This document shows, in pieces, positions 40,674-54,745 of a DNA stretch of 64,000 nucleotides (position 1 is the stretch's first letter; every line of letters begins with the position of its first letter). Source of the DNA: Octopus vulgaris (Eukaryota); assembly GCA_951406725.2 (NCBI GenBank), contig OX597820.1, forward strand, positions 5,766,001 to 5,830,000, written 5' to 3'. Position numbers and translations under genes: made by a program. The notes under the pieces were generated by a model. It saw nothing but the letters and a program-made list of their open reading frames with translations. It ran no database searches and was not told the DNA's origin.

Positions 40674-40885
40674 GGCAAGGAACTTATGTCGACATCAAAA
40701 TGCACAAAAAATTTATATATATATAAACTTATATTTTTAAAACAAACATACAAATTTCCGCACGAAAGCACGTAGTCTATGCCCTAGGGACGAAACTTCA
40801 ACCGTGTTCTTTCTGATGTGAATTTGCTACCCAGGTATCGGTTATCTTTCGAATTATCCTTAATAAGATAATTCATTCAACTACT

Positions 40886-40985
<100 letters not shown>

Positions 40986-41429
40986 CATATGCATGTATAT
41001 GTATAAATGCATACATATATACATATACACGTTTATATATGTATATATATATATATACACACACATGTATTTATATAGGTATAGATGTGCATATATATAC
41101 GTATAAATATATGTACGAAACTACATACACATATGTATATGCATACGCGCCCATTTACATAAATCTATGAAGACATCTTTCTGTCTCTCCCTCTCTTACC
41201 CCCCCCTTATTTCTCTATCTGTCTTTCTGACACAACCTGTCTATCCGGTTTCCTCTCTCACTCTCGTTGTTTATGTATGTGCGTGCGTGTAGTTTTATAT
41301 TTACACATACACACACATACATATGTATGTATATATATAAATACAGAGGCAAGTATGTATTTTTTATTTCATTTTATTTTATTTCATCTAGTATCAGCTC
41401 ACGAGCTGCGGCCATGCTGGGGCACCGCC

Positions 41430-41498
<69 letters not shown>

Positions 41499-41500
<2 letters not shown>

Positions 41501-41652
41501 CTGTGTGGTAAGTAGCTTGCTAACCAACCACATGGTTCCGGGTTCAGTCCCACTGCGTAGCATCTTGGGCAAGTGTCTTCTGCTATGGCCCCGGGCCCAC
41601 CAATGCCTTGTGAGTGGATTTGGTAGACGGAAACTGAAAGAAGCCTGTCGTA

Positions 41653-41693
<41 letters not shown>

Positions 41694-41877
41694 GTGTGTT
41701 TGTGTGTCTCTGTTTGTTCCCCCTGACTACCGATGCTGGTGTGTTTACGTCCCCGTCACTAGCGGTTCGGCAAAAGAGACCGATAGAATAAGTCCCGGGG
41801 TCGATTTGCTCGACTAAAGGCGGTGCTCCAGCATGGCCGCAGTCAAATGACTGAAACAAGTAAAAGAGTAAAAGAGT
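41499..41877 (+). mobile_element. SINE family A
   Basis: Near full length. Confidence 0.9.
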
Positions 41878-41890
41878 ATATGCATGTATA

Positions 41891-42110
41891 CATATTAGAG
41901 GGAAACAACTATGTGGACACCCTTATGCTAGGAAATAGATCCCCTATGGTCTTACTATTTCTAGCATAAGGGTGTCCACATAGCGGTTTCCCTCTAATAT
42001 GTATATAATACAAACTTACTGAACCTTCAGTTTTTTTATATGCTAGACCACTGGTGTGAAATCGATGTTGCTTAAATTAATAGCTAATTTCTCACCCTCA
42101 TTTTGAATTT
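41891..42110 (+). mobile_element. Fold-back element, same family as 32039-32340
   Basis: CATATTAGAGGGAAAC... / ...GTTTCCCTCTAATATG with shorter arms and the same tail. Confidence 0.8.
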
Positions 42111-42665
42111 GCATATACAGACAGAAACATACTTATATATATATATATATTTAAGTGTGTATCTGTCTGTCCCACAAAACATAATGAAGACACTATATCA
42201 TTTATAATCGTGGCTGTTTTTTTACACTTTCACACTTTAACTATGGTGATGATAATGATGTTGATGGTGTGACCAGAGCTAAAGTGCCAAAAATGTCAAA
42301 ATAACGACATCTTTCAATGTTTCTTTCTCTCCCCCTCTCTCTCTTTTTATCTTTCTGTCTTTCTATCTGGCCAGAAATTGTCTCGTGGCGAGCATTTCTT
42401 GAACTATGATCTTGTAAGTTATTGGTAAAAATCGGGCATATGTATGAAAGTAAGTATGGCATTAAGTATAAGGACCAAAATAAAATTAAATCTGGAATAA
42501 AAATCATAAAAAAATATATGATAATATTAAAGGTTAATGCAGGGAAATAGGGATAAAAATAGTGATTATAATTATACGCCTATAAAAAAAGTAGTGTTAC
42601 GGAAAAAATATACGAATGGTATTATATCATAGATACTAATTGAACCACTAAAATGTTAAAAAGCA

Positions 42666-42709
<44 letters not shown>

Positions 42710-42873
42710 AGTGATGAATTATATGGTTATTGACGATTTGTCTATTTTCAGCATATTTGGCATTAGAATTTTTTTCTTTTGCCCTTGTTTATAAGTTGTT
42801 TATAAATCTAACCTTTAAAGGTATTTTTTAATATGCTGGCCATTGATAGAATTTTTTTCGAAAGATTTTATCC

Positions 42874-42930
<57 letters not shown>

Positions 42931-43307
42931 TTAACTGTCCAGTCACATTAAGCATTTACCTTGATATTACCGGTGTCGGTATTAGTGTTCCTGTCTCTTC
43001 TAGGTATAATATTAAAGTCAGCTCGAGCAGTATATATGTTCCTAGTTAGAAGGGAAATTCTTCTATCTATAAAATTCTCATCAAGTTTAATGTGATTTGA
43101 AGATGATATAAATCTAAATAAGTTTTTAGTAATAGAAAATCCCATCCTTACTGAATTATTATTAATTGTGATGCTATAATTTACTAGATGTGAAATGTTT
43201 ATTATTGAATGAATTACTTTGATAAGGTTTGTCTTTATTTATTTGTCTTCCATAAGGTAAGATAAGCCAAATTATATAACTATAATAATAATAATAATAA
43301 CAACAAC

Positions 43308-43360
<53 letters not shown>

Positions 43361-43388
43361 TAATAATAATGATAATAATAATAATAAC

Positions 43389-43444
<56 letters not shown>

Positions 43445-43469
43445 TAATAATAATAATAATAATAATAAC

Positions 43470-43544
<75 letters not shown>

Positions 43545-43545
43545 T

Positions 43546-44013
43546 GCCTTTGCATAGCTTCTAACGCCAGATATGTACTGCGGTATCAGCTGTTCACTAC
43601 CAGTGAACTAAGGCAACACCTCTTATTTTTCGAGCACCTTCCGGAGTATTCGAGCTGTTCCAAGCAGTGCTGTTTTCTGCAAGTGCTCCACCCTTATTGC
43701 AGCCCCTATTTGTTCCACATAGTTCTCGAGATTTTTGCTCACAGTTCCCAGGGCTCCGACAATTATTGCTATTACTATTACCTTTTCCATCGACCACAAC
43801 TGCTTAACCTCCCAAGCAAACCTGTCATATCTCTCAACATTTCTTTCTTCCTTATCGCATACCTTGTCGTCAGCTGGACATGCTATATCTATGATCCAGC
43901 ATAGTTTGCTTTCTTTCTCAATTAAGACTATGCCTGGCTTCCTATTCTCTATCTCATGGTTGCACTGAATCGTAAAATCCCACAGGATCTTTGTATTATC
44001 ATTTCCAGTGATG
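43546..44013 (-). mobile_element. 5'-truncated R4/Dong-like retrotransposon (RLE domain plus 3' UTR) in (TAA)n
   Basis: KILWDFTIQCNHEIENRKP..IIDIACP.D..IIVGALG..LQKTALLGTARILRKVLE; (TAA)n on both sides. Confidence 0.9.
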
Positions 44014-44014
44014 C

Positions 44015-44073
<59 letters not shown>

Positions 44074-44095
44074 ATTATTATTATTATTATTATTA

Positions 44096-44130
<35 letters not shown>

Positions 44131-44359
44131 ATTATTATTATTATTATTATCATTATTATTATTATTATTATTATTATGATGTTTTTTGTGGCGTTTATGG
44201 TTATTACCAGATATATATTTTATATATGATATAAGCATTTATAAGTTTTGTAGTTGTATTTATTATGATAGAGATTATTATTTTTATTATGTATATTATT
44301 ATCATTATTATTATTTGAATGGTTGCTTTTATTTGTCTTGTTATGCTTATTAATTTAAA

Positions 44360-44394
<35 letters not shown>

Positions 44395-45998
44395 CAACAT
44401 ACGAATACTTGCATATGCGCAGGTATACATGCATAAATGTGCACGCATATATGTGCACGCATATACCAGATTAATACATTTGCCCGTCTTACACCATGTG
44501 CTATATGGTCAAAATATCACCGCAGTAAATATGATGACACGGAGCGAATATATATTTTTATATACAATAAAAAAATAAGACTATTATTTAGAAAAACGAT
44601 CATATCAAGTGCTCTGCGCAGAAAATTCCGCGTAGGTAGTTAGAATGATATAAATATAATTATTATTAAGGGTACCGAAGAGACACCACCATGCTAGAAA
44701 TAACAGTCAAAACTGACTATAGAACCAAATCATGTTTAATATATATATTAAATCAATCTCTCCTTTCACTGAGCGTCAAATTAAGGCATTACTTGTGCTC
44801 GATCTCACGTTCCTTTTGTTTCTTTTTCTGTTTTTGTTTGCTCTTTGAATTGACTATATATGCATGTGTGCGTGCGTGTATGTGTGTGTGTATGTATTAT
44901 ATATATATATATATATATATATGAGTGTTTCTGTCTGTCCCACAAAACATAATTGGCACACTATATCATTTATAATCGTGGCTGTTTTTCCCACTTTCAC
45001 ACTTTAACTATGCTGATGCTAATGATGATGCAAAACTATTTTCTTCTTGCAGTTTTGTTTCTATTTCTTGCCGAATGTCTCCACGACACCTAGAGCAAAG
45101 AAACACTGTATACAGCGATAGCCTTTTAAAGTAGCGAAAGATGAGGAAAAACTATGGTTTAACTATGGTGATGCTAAATAATTACACGCACACATTATTT
45201 AGGACATTTTTCTGTAAGAGCAAAATGCTTTTCTGCTGTTAATATGTTTACGGTTTATATATTGAATATATTTCCATACTCGTAAACCGTATGGAATCAT
45301 ATATTGAGTAAACGGAGTGATGTATATCATCCAGGAAGTTGTGAAGCCATAAGAACTCCATGGACCGCTATTTGCTTGGTGAGGATTATAAACTCACTTT
45401 GGAAAAAAAAAATGAAATTATGGGCGTTATTATAAACAAATTTATGGGGCGGTCGAGACTAAAGAGGGTGCCTCTATATGGTTGATTGGACTGGTAGAAA
45501 TAGGAACCAAATCGCCCGTAAATCACACCCTGTCATTTTTAAATGAGGAATAATATGTTATGTAATTGTAACATACTACTGAATGAATAGTGTGGTCACG
45601 GTTGGAATGTCATTGGTTACAGATCTGTTCGATGGAGTCTCACACGAATGCCAGCGCGAGTTAGAATATGAAAAGATGTTCACAAACTTGCATCTCCGTA
45701 AAATTGTAAAAATGGTAGATGCGGAAATGAAAAGCATCATGTATTAAGTTTAAACCGAAAGAATGTTCCTTCATGCATTTCGCTTATAAAAGACTCGTTT
45801 AGAGTTCTACTTGTTTACAATTCGCCACATCATCATATTCTGTATTTGTTCTTTGTATATTTCTCCTTTAACTATAAATATACATTTTTATTCGAATTCC
45901 TCACAGATTAAAATTTCCAAAACAATTTTTACAATTTCTCCTCGCCAGCATTCTATTTAAAAAATTGTCCACCTTGCTTTGTCTTAAACATAATTATA

Positions 45999-46400
45999 GG
46001 CGTAGGAGTGGCTGTGTGGTAAGTAGTTTGCTTATCAACCACATGGTTCCGGGTTCAGTCCCACTGCGTGGCACCTTGGGCAAGTGTCTTCTACTATAGT
46101 CTCGGGCCGACCAAAACCTTGTGAGTGGATTTGGTAGACGGAAACTGAAAGAAGCCCATCGTATATATGTATATATATATCTATATATATGTGTGTGTGT
46201 GTCTGTCTTTGTCCCCCCCCCCCCAACATCGCTTGACAACCGATGCTGGTGTGTTTACGGTCCCGTTACTTAGCGGTTCGGCAAAAGAGACCGATGGAAT
46301 AAGTACTAGGCTTACAAAGAATAAGTCCTGGGGTCGATTTGCTCGACTAAAAGGCGGTGCTCCAGCATGACCACAGTCAAATGACTGAAACAAGTAAAAC
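45999..46400 (+). mobile_element. SINE family A
   Basis: Full-length copy. Confidence 0.9.
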
Positions 46401-46894
46401 AGTATATCTTTGTTTTTATATTTCGCTTTTACTGGTCACATGATTTGTAAAAGCCAGTAACAATCAGAGACTAACCTAGAGACACAGACTCTGTGAAACC
46501 ATAATTAATGATTAATATTATATAAATAACTAATTATCAACCAGTTTCATGAAGACAGATTTTTAAGAAATGAATTATACAAATCGTATCAGCATTCAAA
46601 TAAAGATTTTCCCTAAAATTTCTAGGAAAATTATTCCGTTAGAATTTTTTGCGTATTTGTCTCTTTAGATTATTTTCAAAAGTGAATTCTCTAAAATATC
46701 CATGGTTTTCTTTATACTTTCAAAAAACACATCTCGGTCTTTCTTTCGTAGCTTTTGCTCATCTTTCGCTATTTTAAAAGGCTCTCGCTGTATACAATGT
46801 TTCTTTGCTCTAGGTGTCGTGGAGACACTCAGCAAGAAATAGAAACAAAACTTCAAGAACAAAATAATAACAACAGCAACAAAAGAGGAAGCGG

Positions 46895-47196
<302 letters not shown>

Positions 47197-47530
47197 GCCT
47201 GGAGCCCTGCATCGGAGTTTTGAGGAGTGTAAAAGCTCTGCTTAGCTACAATAGTTCGCATATCTACTCTGGCAGGGAGTTGTAGCACCTTCAGTGATCC
47301 CGGCAGTAAGGGGGGTTAATTGTTGAGTCCGTCGGGATGACGGGAGCTTGTTAGCCGGGAGGGACAACCAGTCAAGGCGGGGGAGAACCATGGTTCCTAA
47401 CTTTCGTTGGCTTGCTATCACACACATAGACAGATGAACGGTTTCGGGGTTCGATGTCCCTGAGGCAGCTCGACATTGTTTACAACTTCGTTCTGTCAAA
47501 TCCTGTGTCGACCGCAGGTGCCGAACTGTC

Positions 47531-48060
47531 AGCTTCTATATATGGCTGAAGCGAGAAGACCAAAAATGGCTTCAAAGTCATAACATGCCGGCGGGAAATA
47601 ACACCACTAGGTGAGACAAGCTAACACTGAATCAACTTCGTTGACTGACAGGTGACGGTCGTTCAGAGAATGCGCGGGCTAAGAATACGCGCCTTCAATA
47701 GTCAGTTAAGGTGAGACAGTGTCACGTGACAACTTGCTGGGGCTGCCTGCTGGAGCCTAGCGGCAGGTATTTAAAGGGAAAAATTTGACAAGTCAGTCAG
47801 TCAACGGTTGACACTCGCTGACGATACATCGAAGAGGCCAGAGAACAAAAGAAAGAAGAAAAAAGACATGCACCCAGCACCAGAGCTGAAGACACCTCCG
47901 AAATGGGAGGCCCCGCCACGTCAAAACGGTAGAGGAGTAGGGGCCGAAACCGGACGTGGTTCCTCCTGATGATGTCTTGAGCTAACTGGATCCTATAAAG
48001 GAGCTGTTGTCGTAGCAGACCTCGAAACACGGTTCTAATTCCTCCTGATATAACTTTGGA
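47531..48060 (+). mobile_element. Probable HERO-like retrotransposon C-terminus and 3' UTR
   Basis: SFYIWLKREDQKW at 47531-47569; the downstream GGGCCGAAAC motif is shared with the UTR at about 35924. Confidence 0.45.
47927..47978 (+). ncRNA. Candidate hammerhead with permuted, pseudoknotted strand order
   Basis: CGGT-A-GAGGAG-ta-GGGGCC-GAAACCG-gacgtgg-TTCCTC-CTGATGA-TGTCTT. Confidence 0.5.
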
Positions 48061-48349
48061 TCGATGAGAGATGCAAGAGAGCGGAAACGCACAACAGGAG
48101 CAACAATTAGTTCCCTCTACAATACTGCCTTACCATGAGTCATATTGAGCACTCCATAATGAAGAGATGATAAGGCATCCGACTATTCCGCCACAGACAA
48201 CGCTGCTCCAGTTGGATGGAGAACGAGAACCTTCATCAGCGCTCTTTAATTAAGGACGACGGGGACTAAAAAGTATGTGTGTACGTGTGTGTGTGTGTGT
48301 GTACCCTACAAAAGCAATTTTTTAATTCATTTTATTTTTTTATTCTTAT

Positions 48350-48560
48350 ATTCTTTTATTCTTCTATTTATTCCAGTCATTTGACTACGGCCATGCTGGA
48401 GCACAGCCTTTAGTCGAGCAAATCGACCCCAGGACTTATTCTTTGAAAGCCTAGTACTTATATTCTATTGGTCTCTTTTTGCCGAACCGCTAAGTTATGG
48501 GAACGTAAACACACCAGCATCTGTTGTCAAGCGACGGTGTGGAGACAAACACAGACACAC
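48350..48560 (-). mobile_element. SINE family A, 3' half
   Basis: CAGTCATTTGACTACGGCCATGCTGGAGCAC... matches the family. Confidence 0.85.
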
Positions 48561-48661
48561 TTTGTAAAACTCGGGGCAGGTATGTAATTATTTATACTTG
48601 CAGCATACTGCTACAATGTAGACATACGTACATAATTACTTACATACGTATGCACACACAT

Positions 48662-48715
<54 letters not shown>

Positions 48716-48799
48716 CAAGGTTCCGCTCGCTATGAAACATATGTAGCCCTGATTTATCTATTCCATTTCTTAACTCTTGTTTGTTTGTGTGTGTGTATA

Positions 48800-48845
<46 letters not shown>

Positions 48846-48854
48846 CATATAATC

Positions 48855-48897
<43 letters not shown>

Positions 48898-49421
48898 ACT
48901 GAACAATGACTTTCATAGATACATATATACTTATATACCTATATGCGTACACAAACGTGCTTACGTATATATATATGCGTGTAAATACACCGGCAAACAT
49001 GTACGAAATTTTGCTAAGGAATTACATAAAAGTACATTCAATCAGAAACACACATACACACACACACAGACGCACACACACACGCACACACACACAAACA
49101 CACACACACACACACACAAATACACACGCAGACGCACACACTGTACCGCAAAATAATGTAGACCGATGTAACTATGTTATCAATTCCGCCTTCCTACCTT
49201 CTGTCCCCAGTGAAGTGTTGTTAGAAATACGAGCAACGGCAATCTTTTGCTTTGGTGGTTGACAGCTGTCCAAACATTCGTCTCTACCATAACATCATCG
49301 TCCGCCACATTAAAGTCGGGCATCGCTCTCGTCATTACTCGCTTTTGTCGCTTCTTTTATTAGAGAGTGCATACTAAGTTTACTTACATTTATACATGAC
49401 GCTTGTATGTATGTATGCCTG

Positions 49422-49514
<93 letters not shown>

Positions 49515-49830
49515 TTCATTATTAAATTCGTTTTTTTTCTTTCAGATTTCTTGCCAACCGAGAAAGAGTCGGTTTCTAGCCTTCTACCCGAGTCTCTTTT
49601 ATTGGTATTACAATAACATCAACGGGGTAGTTGCGTATGCATGTCCGTATTTTACAAGTATCTTTCTGTCTGTCTTTCTTCCTTTCTTTCTCTCTCTCTC
49701 TCCTTCTTTCTTTCTTTTTCCGTTCTTTCTTTCTTTTTCCGTTCTTTCTTTCTTTCTTTCTTCTTTTCTTTTCTTTCTGCTTGTCTTTCTTTCTGTCTTT
49801 CTGCCTGCCTGTCTGTATGTATGTATATAT

Positions 49831-49883
<53 letters not shown>

Positions 49884-49887
<4 letters not shown>

Positions 49888-49992
49888 CCTGCTCGCTTAG
49901 CCAGCGGGGTGGCATCATTTGAAGGCTAAAACAATGCGAAACGCATTGTGACCAGCGATGTGTAGCAACATGTGATAGCCTGGTCGGTCACG

Positions 49993-50042
<50 letters not shown>

Positions 50043-50147
50043 CCTGCTCGCTTAGCCAGCGGGGTGGCATCATTTGAAGGCTAAAACAATGCGAAACGCA
50101 TTGTGACCAGCGATGTGTAGCAACATGTGATAGCCTGGTCGGTCACG

Positions 50148-50151
<4 letters not shown>
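49884..50151 (+). repeat. Two identical ~113-bp structured units separated by (TA)n
   Basis: TTGGCCTGCTCGCTTAGCC...GGTCGGTCACGGTGA at 49884 and 50039. Confidence 0.9.
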
Positions 50152-50191
<40 letters not shown>

Positions 50192-50512
50192 TGCTCGAAT
50201 TCTTCTCTATCTCAACAATGACATTACGAAATTTCACAATTTATTCGTACCTGTGAAGAATCACCACGAACTTCCCAATCTCCTTTCTTTCTGCCAAATT
50301 TATATATTTTTATACGCTCTTGTGAATAACAATATTATAAATGAGTTCACACCTTGATAACTACCTGTCTATTTTTTTGTTTGCACTTTATCATACTTAT
50401 TAGCTCGTCCAATATAATACCCATAGCCAACAATGTTTGGCACTGATTCTGTAGCCCTTCGTTTGATGTTGGATTTTAAGTAACTAGTTTGTCTGAGTAC
50501 TTAATGTCTGTA

Positions 50513-50908
50513 GGCTGTGTGGTAAGTAGCTTGCTAATCAACCACATGGTTCCGGGTTCAGTCCCACTGCGTGGCATCTTGGGCAAGTGTTTTCTGCTAT
50601 AGCCCCGGGCCGACCAATGCCTTGTGAGTGGATTTGGTAGACGGAAACTGAAAGAAGCCTGTCGTATATATGTATGTATATATATGTATGTGTGTGTGTC
50701 TGTGTGTCTGTGTTTGTCCCCCTAGCATTGCTTGACAACCGATGCTGGTGTGTTTACGTCCCCGTTACTTAGCGGTTCGGCAAAAGAGACTGATAGAATA
50801 AGTACTGGGCTTACAAAGAATAAGTCCCGGGGTCGATTTGCTCGACTAAAGGCGGTGCTCCAGCATGGCCGCAGTCAAATAACTGAAACAAGTAAAAGAG
50901 TAAAAGAG
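50513..50908 (+). mobile_element. SINE family A
   Basis: Near full length. Confidence 0.9.
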
Positions 50909-50959
<51 letters not shown>

Positions 50960-50972
50960 ATATGTATGTATG

Positions 50973-51039
<67 letters not shown>

Positions 51040-51249
51040 ACATTTTTGACGTCATAAGAAATGAGATGCTTCGAGAGAACGTGAAATAATAATTTTTGGG
51101 AACTGGGAAACACGAAGCAAATGGGACTAAAGAAAAGAGTATGAGAATATTGAGTTAGAAAACGCTTTTGTTAGAAAAAGTTGAACTCTTCATATCTTTA
51201 GCTGCTTCGAGATTCACCGTTTCAAAAATTAATTCTATACATGTTTAAA

Positions 51250-51604
51250 TGCGCAGCAGTGGCTGCGTGGTAAAAGAAAACAAAAAACACCTGCTTTCCA
51301 GCCACATAGTTCCGGGTTCAGTCCCACTGCGTGGCAGCTTCGGTAAGTGTTTTCTACTACAACCTCAAACCGACCAAAGCTTTGTGAGTGGATTCGGTAA
51401 ACGGAAATTGAAAGAAACCCGTCGTATACGTACGCATTTGTTATTTGTGTTTGTGTTTGTCTCCCCATTCCACCATCACTCGACAACTGATGTTGGTGTG
51501 TTTACGTCCCTGTCACCTAGCGGTTCAGCAAAAAGCGACGATTAAAGGTGATGTTCCAGCATGGCGGCAGTCAAATGACTGAAACAAGTAAAAGAATAAA
51601 AGAA
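51250..51604 (+). mobile_element. SINE family A (diverged)
   Basis: Head, central and tail motifs recognisable. Confidence 0.8.
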
Positions 51605-51757
51605 TACATAGAGAGAGAGGGTGAGAGAGAGACGGAGGGAGAGAGAGAAGGGGTTCATCAAGAGGGAAAGAAACTACATCTACGTATACGTGAAAATCGT
51701 CTTTATTATTTCCTATCCATCAAGTATTATTCTCTCACCATTGTCCATCTTTGCTTT

Positions 51758-51838
<81 letters not shown>

Positions 51839-52173
51839 TTCTTCTTCCCTCTATGTACATGTGTGGAACCTTTGGCTTCGGGGTCGCATATCCCTATTAC
51901 TTCATCTAACAGGTTGTGATCTTGATTGAACCAAAGAGAAACAATTGAATTGCACGCAGAAAGGATATCGTTCCAGCTCTAATAATAATAGTAATAATGA
52001 TAATATTAATAATAATATTATTATTATTCCTTTATGTCGAAGAACGTAGGCTCGAAACCTAAAAGACTTTTCCATTTCCCCTGAGCGTCAAACTAATACA
52101 CTTGCCTGTTGTTCCTACACTGGTCTTTGATTTTGTTTTTCTATAAGTTTGATCTATATAATAATAATAATGA

Positions 52174-52238
<65 letters not shown>

Positions 52239-52403
52239 TGATGATAATAATAACTACAACAACAACAATAATGTTTACTTCAACGGATGTAACATGGCGT
52301 CCTTGGAGGCAAATGGAAGAAAAAGAACTACAAGGAAGAAATCTTTGTAACTACGTATGTATATATGTTGCACGAAATACAGGTATGCTTATATATATCT
52401 ATA

Positions 52404-52459
<56 letters not shown>

Positions 52460-52560
52460 TGCGACGGACCGGAGTCCCGTGCAGGTGGGGAACCCATACG
52501 CCAAGGAAACCGGGAAACCGGCCCTAATGAGCCAGGCGTGGCTCGAGAAGGAACAAACAA
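52460..52560 (+). mobile_element. 3' part of SINE family D (V-domain-like)
   Basis: TGCGACGGACCGGAGTCCCGTGCAGG...GAAACCGGGAAACCGGCCCTAATGAGCC; homolog in 61517-61610. Confidence 0.7.
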
Positions 52561-53473
52561 AAAAAACAAATATATATATATATATATACACATATCTACA
52601 TACATACTTTATATGTATGAATGTATATGAGTATATATGTATAGATATGAATATGAATATGTTTAGGTGTATATGCATATATATATACATGCATATATAT
52701 ATATATATATGTATGTATGGATATATATATATATATACATGCATATATATATATATATGTATATATATATGTATATATATATATATATCTTGTATATCAT
52801 GCATATTCCTTTATACACACACACACTCACTCATACATACATATATACTCATATACATACGTACATACTTACACTTGGAGATCTATACTCGCATGCGTAT
52901 ATGCTTACATACATGAATACCTACCTCCCGACATACCTATATACATTCACATACACGTACATAGACACACATGCGTACATATTCATATACGCACATAGAT
53001 AGACAGTCTGAGCGGTTGTCTGTCTGTGCGTCGCATATGCAAATATTTTCTTAATGTTTTACACAACAATGTTTATTTTGATTTGCGGGGTTCAACGCAA
53101 CATCCAAACTAATCAAGGATTGGGAAAATCGTCGTGGTGGCCACATTATCTCTTCTATAATCTTTACAGCGTTTATGTTTTTTTCAAAATGAAAATAAAA
53201 AAAACACATCAACAACGCCACCACCACCACCAATAGCAACAACAACATCATAATTTAACTGAAGTGAAACAATAAAAGCAAGACGATTGGCAACAATTAC
53301 ATCTCCAGGCTCAACAAGAACAACAAGAACAACAACAGCAACGTCAACATCAAGAGCAGAAGTATGCATTCAACGACAATAACAGACGACACAATACCAA
53401 CAGACAGACACGCTAAAGAACGTAATGAGCCAATTAAGGACATAACTTGCATAGTTTTTATTCTGTGTGGGTT

Positions 53474-53516
<43 letters not shown>

Positions 53517-53581
53517 TTTTTGTCAACAGCTTAGGTGACAGTAGCCGAGGAGACGATGTCAGTAACTACTACTACTACTAA

Positions 53582-53656
<75 letters not shown>

Positions 53657-53817
53657 CACTACTGTTGCTGCTACTACTACAACTACTACTTCTACTACTG
53701 CTACAACTGCGACGACGTAGACACCAATGATGATATATCCCTCCATCAACAATATCTCCACCACCATCCCAATCCAGTACTACTATCACAACATTATGTC
53801 AACGACATCAAAATTAA

Positions 53818-53897
<80 letters not shown>

Positions 53898-54427
53898 ATG
53901 GTGGTGGTGGTGGCGGTGGTTCTCCTATTTAACCAATTCTGTTACAGTTATAAAGGAGGACCACGAAATGTTCTCCCACGAATCCAAAACTCGACATCTA
54001 AAATAAACAGGAAAGCATTGGGTTGTGTACTTCTTACTAGACGTGTTGGTCATGGCTGGAAGGATTTTGAATATAAGTATGTGTTTTGCTCTATCAAGAT
54101 TAGCCTAGTACTAAACAGTATCATTATAAATATAAACGAGCTTCTGCAACTGTGGTTCCAGACAAAATGTTTAGCGATATTTCTTTCGGCTTTACGTTCT
54201 AAGTTCAAATTCTATTGAATATATAAGACGGATGTTGTGAGATTCCCTAAGTTGCTGTCATAGTAACACACCTTTCATTATCTTAGACTTTGTTGATAGA
54301 TTCAAAGATGCAGTCGATCGCAATAGAATTTGAACTTACGTACAACGTAAAGCCGGAAGAAATATCGCTAAACATTTTGTCTGGAACCACAATTTCAGAA
54401 ACTCGTTTATATTTATGATGATACTGT

Positions 54428-54745
54428 GATATTGTGATAGCCTGGGCTTCAGAGGCCCACGGCTCTTCAATATCCTCCCGAAGAACCTGAGGGACCTGCA
54501 TGGTATAGATGCGGATGTCTTTAAAGTAGGACTGGATCTCTTCCTGTCAGGTGTCCCGGATGAACCAACTTCACGGCAGGAGGTGCAGATGAGGGCAGCT
54601 GCATCGAACTCTCTCATGCATCAGATGGCGTTTGCTAAAAAGCATCCGTGAGGTAAAATCGTGTAGCAAACCAAATGGCGGTGCCCCAGCATGGCCACAG
54701 CTCATTAGCTGAAACTGGAAAAATCAAAATCAAATCAATCAAATC
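54428..54745 (+). mobile_element. 5'-truncated CR1-group LINE with 7-bp target-site duplication
   Basis: LGFRGPRLFNILPKNLRDLHG..VFK..LDLFLSGVPDEP; (AAATC)n tail; TSD ATACTGT at 54421-54427 and 54746-54752. Confidence 0.9.

Noticed and set aside
40775-40825. GAAAC...CTGATGTG as another permuted hammerhead
   Set aside because: No stem I or stem II complementarity, and the core box is imperfect
48005-48056. Second permuted hammerhead downstream of 47978
   Set aside because: Stem III plausible, but stem I does not pair and the box reads CTGATAT; at best a decayed duplicate
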